Assembly: GCA_026994195.1 (NCBI GenBank)
Contig: JALWRH010000030.1
Location: forward strand, 20-64,019
Direction: 5' to 3'
Length of the DNA: 64,000 nt
Origin: Sedimenticola sp.
GTDB lineage: Bacteria > Pseudomonadota > Gammaproteobacteria > Chromatiales > Chromatiaceae
Below, one piece after another: positions 52,133 to 61,167 of the stretch (position 1 is its first letter; each line of letters begins with the position of its first letter). The position numbers and the translations under genes were made by a program. The notes under the pieces are model-generated. The model ran no database searches, was not told where the DNA came from, and worked only from the letters and a program-made list of their open reading frames with translations.

Positions 52133-52684
52133 ATGACTGAAAAACTGTCCGCACGCAAGTTGCGCGAACGGCGGCGCGAACAAATGCTGCGCGCTTACGA
52201 AAAGAACCGGCGGCGCAATCTGCTGGCCAGTCCCGGAAAACATGACTTCGTTATCGTTCTTGACCATCTCAAGGCCGGATACAATGTGCCCAAGATCTTC
52301 CGCAGCGCCGAGGCCTTTGGCGCCCATGAAGTGCAGCTCATCGACATTGGGCCTTTCGACCCTTCCCCGGCCAAAGGCGCATTTCGCCAGGTGCCGGCGC
52401 GATTCTTCGATGATTTCAGGCAAAGCCGCGAGGATCTGCATGACAGAGGCTATACCCTGTATGCCCTGTCCCCCAACAGCAGCCATACCCTGAGCGAAAC
52501 CGTGCTGCCCGGCAAGAGCGCATTCATTTTCGGCCATGAAGAGATCGGCCTGAGCTTTGATCCAAAAGACTACCCGGACATCCACTTGCTGCGCATCCCA
52601 CAGTTTGGCCGGGTGGAAAGCCTCAACGTGAGCATCGCAGCCTCCATCGTCATGTACGAATACACCAGGCAGCAGCAGGCATGA
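52133..52684 (+). CDS. TrmH/SpoU family RNA 2'-O-methyltransferase
   Basis: NVPKIFRSAEAFG, FIFGHEEIGLS and VESLNVSIAASIVMYE SPOUT motifs. Confidence 0.85.
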   Translation: MTEKLSARKLRERRREQMLRAYEKNRRRNLLASPGKHDFVIVLDHLKAGYNVPKIFRSAEAFGAHEVQLIDIGPFDPSPAKGAFRQVPARFFDDFRQSREDLHDRGYTLYALSPNSSHTLSETVLPGKSAFIFGHEEIGLSFDPKDYPDIHLLRIPQFGRVESLNVSIAASIVMYEYTRQQQA

Positions 52685-53430
52685 TGCTGTTCAGAATCAT
52701 CTGGCGTTTCCTGTTGCTGCTGCTGCACACGCTGTACGGCATCTGGCTGAGTCTGAGCATTCACAAGAGAAAGGCTCCCGATGGCGTGAGCTTTCCCGAT
52801 CCCCAACCTGTGGCGCGCTGGTCAGCCCGCCTGCTGGCCATTCTTGGAGTGGAGGTTGTCGTCCATGGAGAGATTCCTGAGGAAAGCGGCCTGCTGGTGG
52901 CCAATCATGTTTCCTGGCTGGACATTCCTGTGATCAATTCCCTTACGGGGGCGGCCTTCTTGTCCAAAAACAGCATCCGTTACTGGCCGGTGATCGGCTG
53001 GTTTGCCGTGGCCTCGGGCACGCTGTTCATCCGCCGGGGCAGACATGACGCGAAACGCATCGCCGAGGCGATTGCCACCCGTCTGACAGAAGGCCGGCGC
53101 ATGGCCATTTTTCCGGAAGGTACGACATCCGACGGCAGGGAAGTACGGCGCTTCTTTCCGCGGCTGTTCAGCGCCGCCATCGACACCGGTGCCCCGGTCA
53201 TCCCCGTGGCCTTGTGCTACCGGGACAACGGGCAGCCGGACACCCTGGTGCCCTATACCAAAGGACGCAGCTTCTTTCGCATTCTGCTGGGCATTCTGGC
53301 CCGTTCCCGCAGCCAGGTGCATGTGTGCTTTTCCGGTGTTCTGCCTGCTTCCGAGTACGACCGCAAAGGACTGGCGGAAGCATCCCGCAAGATCATTCAG
53401 GACGCGCTGGCAGATCCCTCACTGACCTGA
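52681..53430 (+). CDS. lysophospholipid (1-acyl-sn-glycerol-3-phosphate) acyltransferase family protein
   Basis: NHVSWLD (HX4D) and FPEGTTS motifs with an N-terminal TM. ATGA overlap with the preceding gene. Confidence 0.85.
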   Translation: MMLFRIIWRFLLLLLHTLYGIWLSLSIHKRKAPDGVSFPDPQPVARWSARLLAILGVEVVVHGEIPEESGLLVANHVSWLDIPVINSLTGAAFLSKNSIRYWPVIGWFAVASGTLFIRRGRHDAKRIAEAIATRLTEGRRMAIFPEGTTSDGREVRRFFPRLFSAAIDTGAPVIPVALCYRDNGQPDTLVPYTKGRSFFRILLGILARSRSQVHVCFSGVLPASEYDRKGLAEASRKIIQDALADPSLT

Positions 53431-54746
53431 AGAATGGTCTTGTCCCTGATCAGAGGGGTGAGCAAGGCAAACACCACTGCCGTCACCGCCATGAGAATCG
53501 TGAAGAACCAGTAGTACTGCGCCCCTTCCAGCATCACTGTTCCATCCTCGTTCTGGATGAAGAAATTGACCAGGCTGGTGAAGATATTGCCCAGGGACAC
53601 AGAGAGCATGAACAAGGCCATGATAAAGGATTTCATGGCCCGGGGCGCCTGGGTGTAAGAATACTCCAGGGCGGTGATAGACACCATGACTTCACCGCAT
53701 GTGAGCACCAGGTAGGCCAGCAGCTGCCATGAAACACCAGGCGTGCCGCCGGCATCGATGCGTTCCTGGGCCAGGGAAGAGATAGCGAAAGCCGCCGCCG
53801 CCAGGCCAAAGCCCATAGCCACCTTGCGCATGGGCGTCAGCCTGATGAGCTTGCCCAGGGCCGGGTAGATGACATAGCTGAACAGGGGAATCAGGACAAT
53901 GATCAGTAATGGGTTCACCGCCTGAATCTGGGACGGCAGCATCTCAAATCCCAGGAAATGCCGGTCCATCTGCTCAGCCTGCAGCACCCAGGACGATCCC
54001 GTCTGATCATACAACGACCAGAACACGGCAATGAACACATAGATCATTCCCAACCGGCCAAAGACCCGCAGGCTTTCGCGTGAAAAGGCCTCTTTAAGAA
54101 AAGCCTTGCCCGAAGGGGGTACATGCACAAACTTGTTGCGTCCCGCCCAGAACATCAGTGTCGCCAGGGCCATAAGCATACCGGGAACACCGAAAGCCCA
54201 GTGAGGACCGTAGTGTTTGAGCAGCCATGGGGTAAGCAAAGTGGACACAAAAGCTCCCACGTTGATGGCCATATAGAACCAGCCGAAGGTACGGCTGATC
54301 AGCCCCCGGTTGCTGTGGCCGAACTGGTCCCCTACATGGGCGGACACGCAGGGCTTGATCCCTCCGGCGCCCAGAGCAATGAGTCCCAGGCCTATGGCCA
54401 GACCCACGCGGGTATCATCCAGCGCCAGAGCCAGATGGCCAGCGCAATACACCAGGGACAGCAGTAAAATGGTCTTGTACTTGCCCCACCATACGTCAGC
54501 GAGAATCGCGCCCAGCAAAGGCGTAAAATACACAGCGGATACAAACAGGTGATACCAGCCCTTGGCATCTTCATCACTCATGGTCGCCAACTCGCCCCCG
54601 GCGCCCATGAGATACTGGGTCATGAACACCACCAGAATGGTGCGCATCCCATAGAAGCTGAACCGCTCTGCAGCTTCGTTGCCAATAATATAGGGAATGC
54701 CGCCAGGCATGCCTTTCTGGTCCAGGGGACGGGTAAGGTAGCTCAT
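53397..54746 (-). CDS. proton-dependent oligopeptide transporter (POT/PTR2, DtpA-like)
   Basis: ERFSFYGMRTILV and polytopic MFS profile. I chose ATG 54746; the track start at 54788 is a TTG. The start is uncertain. Confidence 0.85.
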   Translation of the reverse strand: MSYLTRPLDQKGMPGGIPYIIGNEAAERFSFYGMRTILVVFMTQYLMGAGGELATMSDEDAKGWYHLFVSAVYFTPLLGAILADVWWGKYKTILLLSLVYCAGHLALALDDTRVGLAIGLGLIALGAGGIKPCVSAHVGDQFGHSNRGLISRTFGWFYMAINVGAFVSTLLTPWLLKHYGPHWAFGVPGMLMALATLMFWAGRNKFVHVPPSGKAFLKEAFSRESLRVFGRLGMIYVFIAVFWSLYDQTGSSWVLQAEQMDRHFLGFEMLPSQIQAVNPLLIIVLIPLFSYVIYPALGKLIRLTPMRKVAMGFGLAAAAFAISSLAQERIDAGGTPGVSWQLLAYLVLTCGEVMVSITALEYSYTQAPRAMKSFIMALFMLSVSLGNIFTSLVNFFIQNEDGTVMLEGAQYYWFFTILMAVTAVVFALLTPLIRDKTILQVSEGSASAS

Positions 54747-54794
54747 GTTTGTGATGGGTTCTTGACCAGTTTTTTGAGTTGAGCGCAAAGTATA

Positions 54795-55871
54795 ATGGCT
54801 TCAGCAGCGCAATACGATTACCTCATCATCGGCCAGGGTCTGGCGGGCAGCCTGCTGGCCTGGCGCTTGGCGCAACACAGCGCCCGGGTACTGGTACTGG
54901 ACGACGGACATGCCACGGCGTCATCCATGGTGGCGGCTGGTCTCATCAATCCCCTGGCCGGCATGCGCTTCAACCATTCCCCCCATGTGCACCAATGGCT
55001 GCAAACCCTGGAACAGACCTATGACGAACTGGCCGGGCTGGCCGGACAGCCCTTCCTGCAACGGCTGGACATGGTGCGCCTGTTCCGTTCCGCCGAACAG
55101 ATTCGCTTCTACCAGCGCCAGAAGGACAGGAAGGATACCCATGACCTGCTCGGGAAACGCCTGGACGCGGATCACTTTCCCCAGCCCGTGCATGCCCCCT
55201 GGGGCGGCTTCGAGCAATACCGGACAGGCTGGGTACGGCTGCCCAAACTGCTGGCCTTCATGGCGGACTGGCTGCGGGAAAGAAACATGCTGCGCGAGGA
55301 AAAGCTGTGTTATGAAGACCTGGAACTTCAGGCAGGACAGCTGTCATGGAAAGAGATTACCGCAGACCAGGTGATTTTCTGCGACGGCTACCGCTCCATG
55401 CACAACCCCTGGTTCCACTGGCTGCCCTTCGCCCCCGACCAGGGCGAGATCCTGACCCTGAAGCGCTGTAGCGACGCCCCCCTGCCGGATCGCATCGTCA
55501 ACGGCGCCACCTGGCTGCTACCCGTGGATGAGGAACGTTACCGCCTGGGCGCCACCCACTATCACGACCGCCAGGACAACCGGGCCACGGAAGAAGGGAA
55601 ACAGAAACTCCTGGCGGGCATGGAAGCGCTGTTGCGGCATCCGGACGCCCTGGCCCTGGAGAAGAATGAAGCCGGCGTGCGCCCGGCCACCGCCGACCGT
55701 CAGCCCTTCATCGGCACCCACCCGGAACTGCCCCGGCTGCACATGTTCAACGGCTTCGGCGCCCACGGCAGTCTGACCATTCCCTGGTACGCGCAGCGCA
55801 TGGTGGAGTGGCTGCTGCAGGGGAAGCCTTTGCCGGGCAATGCCGATATCCGGCGCCGGATCATAGCATAA
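54795..55871 (+). CDS. FAD-dependent oxidoreductase (DAO family)
   Basis: N-terminal Rossmann YDYLIIGQGLAGSLLAWRL; 358 aa. Confidence 0.8.
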   Translation: MASAAQYDYLIIGQGLAGSLLAWRLAQHSARVLVLDDGHATASSMVAAGLINPLAGMRFNHSPHVHQWLQTLEQTYDELAGLAGQPFLQRLDMVRLFRSAEQIRFYQRQKDRKDTHDLLGKRLDADHFPQPVHAPWGGFEQYRTGWVRLPKLLAFMADWLRERNMLREEKLCYEDLELQAGQLSWKEITADQVIFCDGYRSMHNPWFHWLPFAPDQGEILTLKRCSDAPLPDRIVNGATWLLPVDEERYRLGATHYHDRQDNRATEEGKQKLLAGMEALLRHPDALALEKNEAGVRPATADRQPFIGTHPELPRLHMFNGFGAHGSLTIPWYAQRMVEWLLQGKPLPGNADIRRRIIA

Positions 55872-55948
55872 GGGGCCGGAGTCAAATCAGTGTGATATCG
55901 CACAAACTCAACGACTCAGGAAATTTGACTCCGCCCCCTGGGGTTCCA

Positions 55949-56467
55949 TCAATCAGCCGCATTGAAAAGATTCAACAACCCCATCATTAATTCCACCGGC
56001 GCCGGGGGGCAGCCAGGAATGTACAGATCCACGGGCAACACGGCTTCCACGCCACCACGGGTGGCATAGTTGTCCCGGCCAAACAGGCCACCGTCACAGG
56101 CGCAGTCGCCACAGGCTATCACCCATTTGGGCGCGGGCGTGGCTTCCCAGGTGCGCAACAGCGCTGTTTCCATGTGCCGGCTCACGGGGCCGGTGACCAG
56201 CAAGATATCCGCGTGGCGCGGTGAGGCGACGAAGTGGATGCCAAAACGTTCCACGTCATAGTAAGGGTTGTTCAGGGCGTGAATCTCCAGCTCGCAGGCG
56301 TTGCAGGAACCGGCATCCACTTCACGGATGGCAAGGCTGCCGTTGAAACGTTTGTCCACCAGGCGTTTGACCTCTATGCCCAGCGCTTCCAGCGCTGCAT
56401 CGCTGCTGGTGGGTGCTTTTTCCGTGAGCACCCCTGTCTTCAGGGTTTTGCGCAGTATTCTATACAT
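55949..56467 (-). CDS. NuoB/HycG-like small subunit of a group-4-hydrogenase-related complex (EhrS-like)
   Basis: GSCNACELE, VIACGDCACDGG and YIPGCPP motifs, so the four Cys of the proximal [4Fe-4S] cluster are retained. ATG 56467 forms an ATGA overlap with the large-subunit stop. Confidence 0.88.
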   Translation of the reverse strand: MYRILRKTLKTGVLTEKAPTSSDAALEALGIEVKRLVDKRFNGSLAIREVDAGSCNACELEIHALNNPYYDVERFGIHFVASPRHADILLVTGPVSRHMETALLRTWEATPAPKWVIACGDCACDGGLFGRDNYATRGGVEAVLPVDLYIPGCPPAPVELMMGLLNLFNAAD

Positions 56468-58056
56468 CAGAGATCCTGCCCTGAGTAGGAGCCGTTGACC
56501 GACTTGTTGCACACGGGGAAGTCCGGGACAATGTTGCCCATGACGATACGCTCCAGGGCCGGCCAGGTATGCCAGCTGGGGTCACGGGGAAAGAAGCGCG
56601 CCACCTTGCCCCCGGCATCCAGGCGCACATAGGTGATGATCTCGCCCCGCCAGCTTTCGACGAAACCCAGACCTTCACAAGGTGCCTGGGGTGGCTGCCA
56701 CCGGCATTGCAGCTCTCCCGGCTCCAGAGCATCCAGCAGTTCATCCATCCATTCCAGACTGCGGCGTATCTCTTCCATGCGCAGCTGTACCCGCGCCATG
56801 ACATCACCATCCGCCAGGCAGACTGTTTTCATGGGCTGCCGGTCATAGGGCGGATAAGGGTTGCTCGCGCGCAGGTCGAAAGCCTGACCACTGGCCTTGC
56901 CCACGTAACCCGTGCAGCCCAGGGCCCGGGCCGTGGCCGGACGCAGCACGCCGGTATTGAGCAGCCGGTCTTCCAGGGAAGGCTGATCAAGTAGGATATC
57001 GAACAGCTCGTTGGTTTCTTCCATGAGCCGTTGATGATCCTGCTTCAGGCTTTCCCGGGCCCGGGTATCCAGGTCCACGGCCACACCCCCTGGCAGCAGC
57101 AAATCCATGAGCAGGCGATGTCCGAACAGTTCCTGGTTGCGGCGCAGCCAGTTCTCGCGCAGGCGCGAGCACTGGTAGAGCGCAAAGGCGAATCCCACGT
57201 CATTGCAGATGGCGCCAATGTCCCCCAGGTGGTTGGCGACGCGCTCCCGCTCGCATAACAGGCCGCGCAGCTGCTGGGCGCGTCTGTCCACCCGGCAGCC
57301 GACCGCGCGTTCCAGGGACTGGCAGGCAGCCCAGGCATGGGCCACGGTGCTGTCGCCCGATACCCGCCCCGCCAGACGCACCAGCGCTGCAGCATCCCGG
57401 CCCTGGGCGGCTTTCTCTATGCCCTTGTGTACATAGCCCAGACGCTGTTCCAGACTGAGAATCTCCTCCCCCACCGCATGGAAGCGAAAATGCCCCGGCT
57501 CGATGATGCCGGCATGCACCGGCCCCACGGGAATCTCACACACGCCTTCGCCCTTTATATGCTGAAAAGGATAGCCACCATCTGCCGGCGCGGGCTGTCC
57601 GCCCTGGTCTGCCGGAAGGTGAAAATCCGCCCGCAGGGGATAGGATGATTCCGGCCAGGCCTGATGGCGGGTCCAGCGGCGTTCATCCGGGGAATCACTG
57701 AACACCAGCCCCAGCATATCCTGGGCATGCCGCTCGGGACGGTCGGCAATGGGATAGGAAGGCACATGGGAGGGCAGCACTGGCGTGTCCGCGTCAACCG
57801 CCGTCTGCAGCACCACATAGTCCCCGGCATGTTCCAGACAGGCATATACGCGGATATGGTCTTCATGCTCATCGCCCCACAGGCCGCACCAGCGGTATTC
57901 CAGCAGCGAAGCCTGTCGCGCCGCCCGGCCCCAGTCCTCGGCATCGATCTCCAGCACGTGCGCGGGCGCCAGCCGTTGCGCGGAGCCCCGGCGCACCAGC
58001 ACATGCTCATCTTCGAGTTGGGCCAGGTATTCTGAAAGCCAGTCGAAGCGACCCAT
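56467..58056 (-). CDS. fused NuoC-NuoD / HycE-like large subunit lacking Ni-Fe ligand cysteines (EhrL-like)
   Basis: PVGPVHAGIIEPGHFRF and LGYVHKGIEK core motifs. The L1 position reads RVSGDSTVAH and the C-terminus reads FPVCNKSVNGSYSGQDL. There is no CxxC in the 529 aa. Confidence 0.85.
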   Translation of the reverse strand: MGRFDWLSEYLAQLEDEHVLVRRGSAQRLAPAHVLEIDAEDWGRAARQASLLEYRWCGLWGDEHEDHIRVYACLEHAGDYVVLQTAVDADTPVLPSHVPSYPIADRPERHAQDMLGLVFSDSPDERRWTRHQAWPESSYPLRADFHLPADQGGQPAPADGGYPFQHIKGEGVCEIPVGPVHAGIIEPGHFRFHAVGEEILSLEQRLGYVHKGIEKAAQGRDAAALVRLAGRVSGDSTVAHAWAACQSLERAVGCRVDRRAQQLRGLLCERERVANHLGDIGAICNDVGFAFALYQCSRLRENWLRRNQELFGHRLLMDLLLPGGVAVDLDTRARESLKQDHQRLMEETNELFDILLDQPSLEDRLLNTGVLRPATARALGCTGYVGKASGQAFDLRASNPYPPYDRQPMKTVCLADGDVMARVQLRMEEIRRSLEWMDELLDALEPGELQCRWQPPQAPCEGLGFVESWRGEIITYVRLDAGGKVARFFPRDPSWHTWPALERIVMGNIVPDFPVCNKSVNGSYSGQDL

Positions 58057-59525
58057 TACAAGCCCTCCCCTGCAATCAGCAGCGTTACCTCATTGAGCCA
58101 GCCATAGAGCACGGCGGGTATGGCCAGCCCCAGCCACAGCACGGCCAAAAGATGCACCAGCACCGGCAGCATGTTGGCGGATACCGCCGACTGCCCTTCG
58201 GGAGCTGCGCCATACACCATGGGCTGCACGTTGCGGAACAGCCCGGCAAAGGCAATGCCCAGGCCACTCAACAGCAGCACCGTCAGCCAGGGCCAGCTCT
58301 GGATGGTGGCGCTGAGAATCAGAAACTCGCTGGTGAAGACTCCAAAAGGAGGAAAGCCGGCAATGGCCGCCACGCCGATGAGCAGGCCCCAGCCCACGCC
58401 GGGCTGGGTGCGGATGAGTCCACGGATGTGCTCGATACGCTGGGTGCCGGCAATATGGCTGGCATGGCCCACGGTGACAAAGATGGCGGATTTGGTGAGG
58501 GAATGCACGAGCATGTGCAGCAGGCCGGCAAAGGTGGCCAGGGGCCCTCCCATGCCAAACGCAAAGGTCATCAACCCCATGTGTTCGATGGACGAATAGC
58601 TGAACATGCGCTTGATGTCCCGCTGGCGCTGCAGGGACAGCACCGCCACCATGAAGGACAGCAGACCGAATCCCATCATGAGCATCCCGGCCATGGCGGG
58701 CATGTCCGTGCTGTGCAGCGAACCATCCACCAGCATCTTGAAACGCACCACAGCGTACAAAGCCACGTTGAGCAGCAAGCCGGAAAGCACCGCCGACACG
58801 GGGGTGGGACCTTCGGAATGGGCATCCGGCAACCAAAAATGCATAGGCACCAGCCCCACCTTGGTGCCATAACCCACCAGCAGAAAAACGAAGGCAATGC
58901 TCATCACCCGGGGATCCAGCTCTCCGGCATGCTGGTAGAGTACCCGCCAGCTCAGGCCGGCTTCCGCGTCCGGCAATACCTGCTGGGCGGCAAAATACAC
59001 CAGCACCGTGCCAAACAAGGCCAGGGCAATGCCCACGCCACAGAGAATGAAATATTTCCAGGCAGCCTCGATGGATTCCGGCGTGCGGTACAGGCTCACC
59101 AGCAGCACCGTCGCCAGGGTCGCGCCTTCCACCGCCACCCAGAGGATGCCCAGGTTGTCACTGGCCAGAGCCAGCAGCATGGTGAACAGAAACATCTGGA
59201 ACATGGCATGGTAGAGGCGCATGCGCTGGCGTGTCAGGCGCCCCTGCTCGCAGACATCCTTCATGTAGGGTCGGGAAAATATGGCCGTGGTCAGACCGAC
59301 GAAGGTCGTGAGCATGATCAGGTACACATTGAAGGCATCGATCTGGAATCCCGCCACGGCCAGGCTGCCGCCAGCATGAACCAGCACCGCCAGCCACAGG
59401 GAGGCCAGAAACTCCAGGGCGCAGAAAAACACATTCAGCCAGCCGCTCACCACCAGGCTGGAGGTCAGGGCCAACAGCATGCTGCCGGCCACGGGCAGCA
59501 GCAGGACCAGCCAGAATGCGATCAT
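58056..59525 (-). CDS. NuoM/NuoN/HyfF-like antiporter-type membrane subunit
   Basis: 489 aa, polytopic. WLPDAHSEGPTPVSAVLSG motif of the Mrp/complex I antiporter-like family. Confidence 0.85.
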   Translation of the reverse strand: MIAFWLVLLLPVAGSMLLALTSSLVVSGWLNVFFCALEFLASLWLAVLVHAGGSLAVAGFQIDAFNVYLIMLTTFVGLTTAIFSRPYMKDVCEQGRLTRQRMRLYHAMFQMFLFTMLLALASDNLGILWVAVEGATLATVLLVSLYRTPESIEAAWKYFILCGVGIALALFGTVLVYFAAQQVLPDAEAGLSWRVLYQHAGELDPRVMSIAFVFLLVGYGTKVGLVPMHFWLPDAHSEGPTPVSAVLSGLLLNVALYAVVRFKMLVDGSLHSTDMPAMAGMLMMGFGLLSFMVAVLSLQRQRDIKRMFSYSSIEHMGLMTFAFGMGGPLATFAGLLHMLVHSLTKSAIFVTVGHASHIAGTQRIEHIRGLIRTQPGVGWGLLIGVAAIAGFPPFGVFTSEFLILSATIQSWPWLTVLLLSGLGIAFAGLFRNVQPMVYGAAPEGQSAVSANMLPVLVHLLAVLWLGLAIPAVLYGWLNEVTLLIAGEGL

Positions 59526-60205
59526 GAATGCTCCTCCCGTTCACTGAGCCGGTTCAAACGATCAACGTCCAGGGACTCGATGCTTTCGCTGATATGGAAG
59601 AAAAAGATGCCGAACAGCACCGCCGCCACCAATACGTCGAAGGCGACACCCAGTTCCACCACCAGGGGCATGCCGCGGGTAGAGGCCACCGCCGCCAGGA
59701 ACAGGCCGTTCTCCATGGACATGAAACCCAGCACCTGGGCAATGACCTGGCGGCGCGATACCATCATCCACAAGCCCAGCAACACCACGGAAAGACTGAT
59801 GGCCACGATGTTGCGCGTGTCGCCCAGCCCCAGCTTCTCTATGGGCAGTGATACCCAGTAGGAAAAAATCACCAGGGCGGCGCCGGTGAGCAGCAACACG
59901 GCCGGATGGGCAATATTCTCCACCAGACGCTCCATGTTCAACTGACGCACCAGGCGATGCAGCATCCAGGGAATCAGCAGGCTCTTCAGCCCCAGGGTGA
60001 GGGCGGCAGACAGGTACAGGTGGGACGTATGGCTGGAATAGGCCACCAGAGCGGTGACCAGAGCCACCCCTGCCCCCTGCCAGGCAAAACTGTGGATGGC
60101 CGATGTCAGGCGGGTCTGGGCCAGCAAGGCGAAGGAGGTGAACAGCACCAGGGCCGCCAGCACCGCGATGCCCTGTTGCAGAAGGGGCAGATGGCTCATG
60201 TTCAT
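59522..60205 (-). CDS. HyfE-like small membrane subunit
   Basis: About 227 aa starting MNMSHLPLLQ (ATG 60205, ATGA overlap with the upstream stop). GFMSMENGLFLAAV ... PLVVELGVAFDVL resembles hydrogenase-4 component E. The track ORF has a 90-codon upstream extension. Confidence 0.75.
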   Translation of the reverse strand: MNMSHLPLLQQGIAVLAALVLFTSFALLAQTRLTSAIHSFAWQGAGVALVTALVAYSSHTSHLYLSAALTLGLKSLLIPWMLHRLVRQLNMERLVENIAHPAVLLLTGAALVIFSYWVSLPIEKLGLGDTRNIVAISLSVVLLGLWMMVSRRQVIAQVLGFMSMENGLFLAAVASTRGMPLVVELGVAFDVLVAAVLFGIFFFHISESIESLDVDRLNRLSEREEHS

Positions 60206-61167
60206 GTCCCGGTCTCCAGGATGATGTGGGAGAACAGGCCCAGCAGGGTCAGAAGAAAAGCCAGGTTGAGATACTGGGGCACGCGGAACAGGCGCATCTT
60301 GGCCAGCACGGTTTCCATCACCGCCACCACCACGCCCAGCAGCAGCAGCTTCACGGTCACCGCCAGCAGTCCCATGAGCAGGGCGCCCGCCGTGTCCCCC
60401 GTGGCGATACCCCAGGGAAAGAACAGGTTGACGATGAGCACTCCGTAAAGCATAAGTTTGAGCTGAGCCGCCCATTCCATGAGGGCCAGATGGCGTCCGG
60501 AATATTCCAGAATCATGGCCTCGTGGATCATGGTCAGCTCCAGATGGGTGGCCGGATTGTCCACGGGAATACGCCCGGTTTCCGCCACCGCCACCAGCAT
60601 CAGCCCCAACAGGGCAAACAGGAAGGACGGCCGCAGTATCAACCCGTTGGCCAGGTTGAAATCCACCACGGAAGAAAGATTGGTGCTGTGGGCGCTCATG
60701 GCCAGGGTGAACACCGCCATAAGCATGGCCGGTTCCGCCAGGGCGGAAACCATCATTTCCCGGGATGAGCCCATGCCGCCGAAACTGCTGCCCACATCCA
60801 TTCCCGCCAGGGCGAGGAAGAAACGTCCCAGCGCCAGCAGCCCCACCAATACGATCATGTCCGCCGCCATGGCGGAAGGCAGGTTAGTGGCCAGCAAAGG
60901 CACCAGGGACACGGCCACCAGGGCACTGGCAAAAACCACATAGGGCGCCGCCCGGAACACCAGGGATGCGGTATGCGCCACCAGGGCTTCCTTGCCGAAC
61001 AGCTTGTACAGATCCTGCAGGGGCTGGATGATGCGCGCGCCCCGGCGGTTCTGCAGGCGCGCTTTCACAAAGCGGATCCAGCCCGCCAGCAGGGGCGCGC
61101 CCAGCAGGAACAGGATGCCCTGCAGAAGCACGATGAGCCAGCCGGAAAGACTCAGGAAATCAGCCAT
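60202..61167 (-). CDS. NuoH/HycD/HyfC-like membrane subunit
   Basis: LQNRRGARIIQPLQDLYKLFGKE and GMDVGSSFGGMGSSREMMVSALAEP motifs. ATG 61167 (MADFLSL). Confidence 0.85.
   Translation of the reverse strand: MADFLSLSGWLIVLLQGILFLLGAPLLAGWIRFVKARLQNRRGARIIQPLQDLYKLFGKEALVAHTASLVFRAAPYVVFASALVAVSLVPLLATNLPSAMAADMIVLVGLLALGRFFLALAGMDVGSSFGGMGSSREMMVSALAEPAMLMAVFTLAMSAHSTNLSSVVDFNLANGLILRPSFLFALLGLMLVAVAETGRIPVDNPATHLELTMIHEAMILEYSGRHLALMEWAAQLKLMLYGVLIVNLFFPWGIATGDTAGALLMGLLAVTVKLLLLGVVVAVMETVLAKMRLFRVPQYLNLAFLLTLLGLFSHIILETGT

Noticed and set aside
58152-59861. 569-aa plus-strand ORF (similarly 61215..62708, 60226..60768 and 59906..60448)
   Set aside because: These are antisense to the antiporter-like membrane subunit genes of the Ehr-like operon. 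Their His/Gln/Gly-rich composition is characteristic of the reverse frame of hydrophobic genes.
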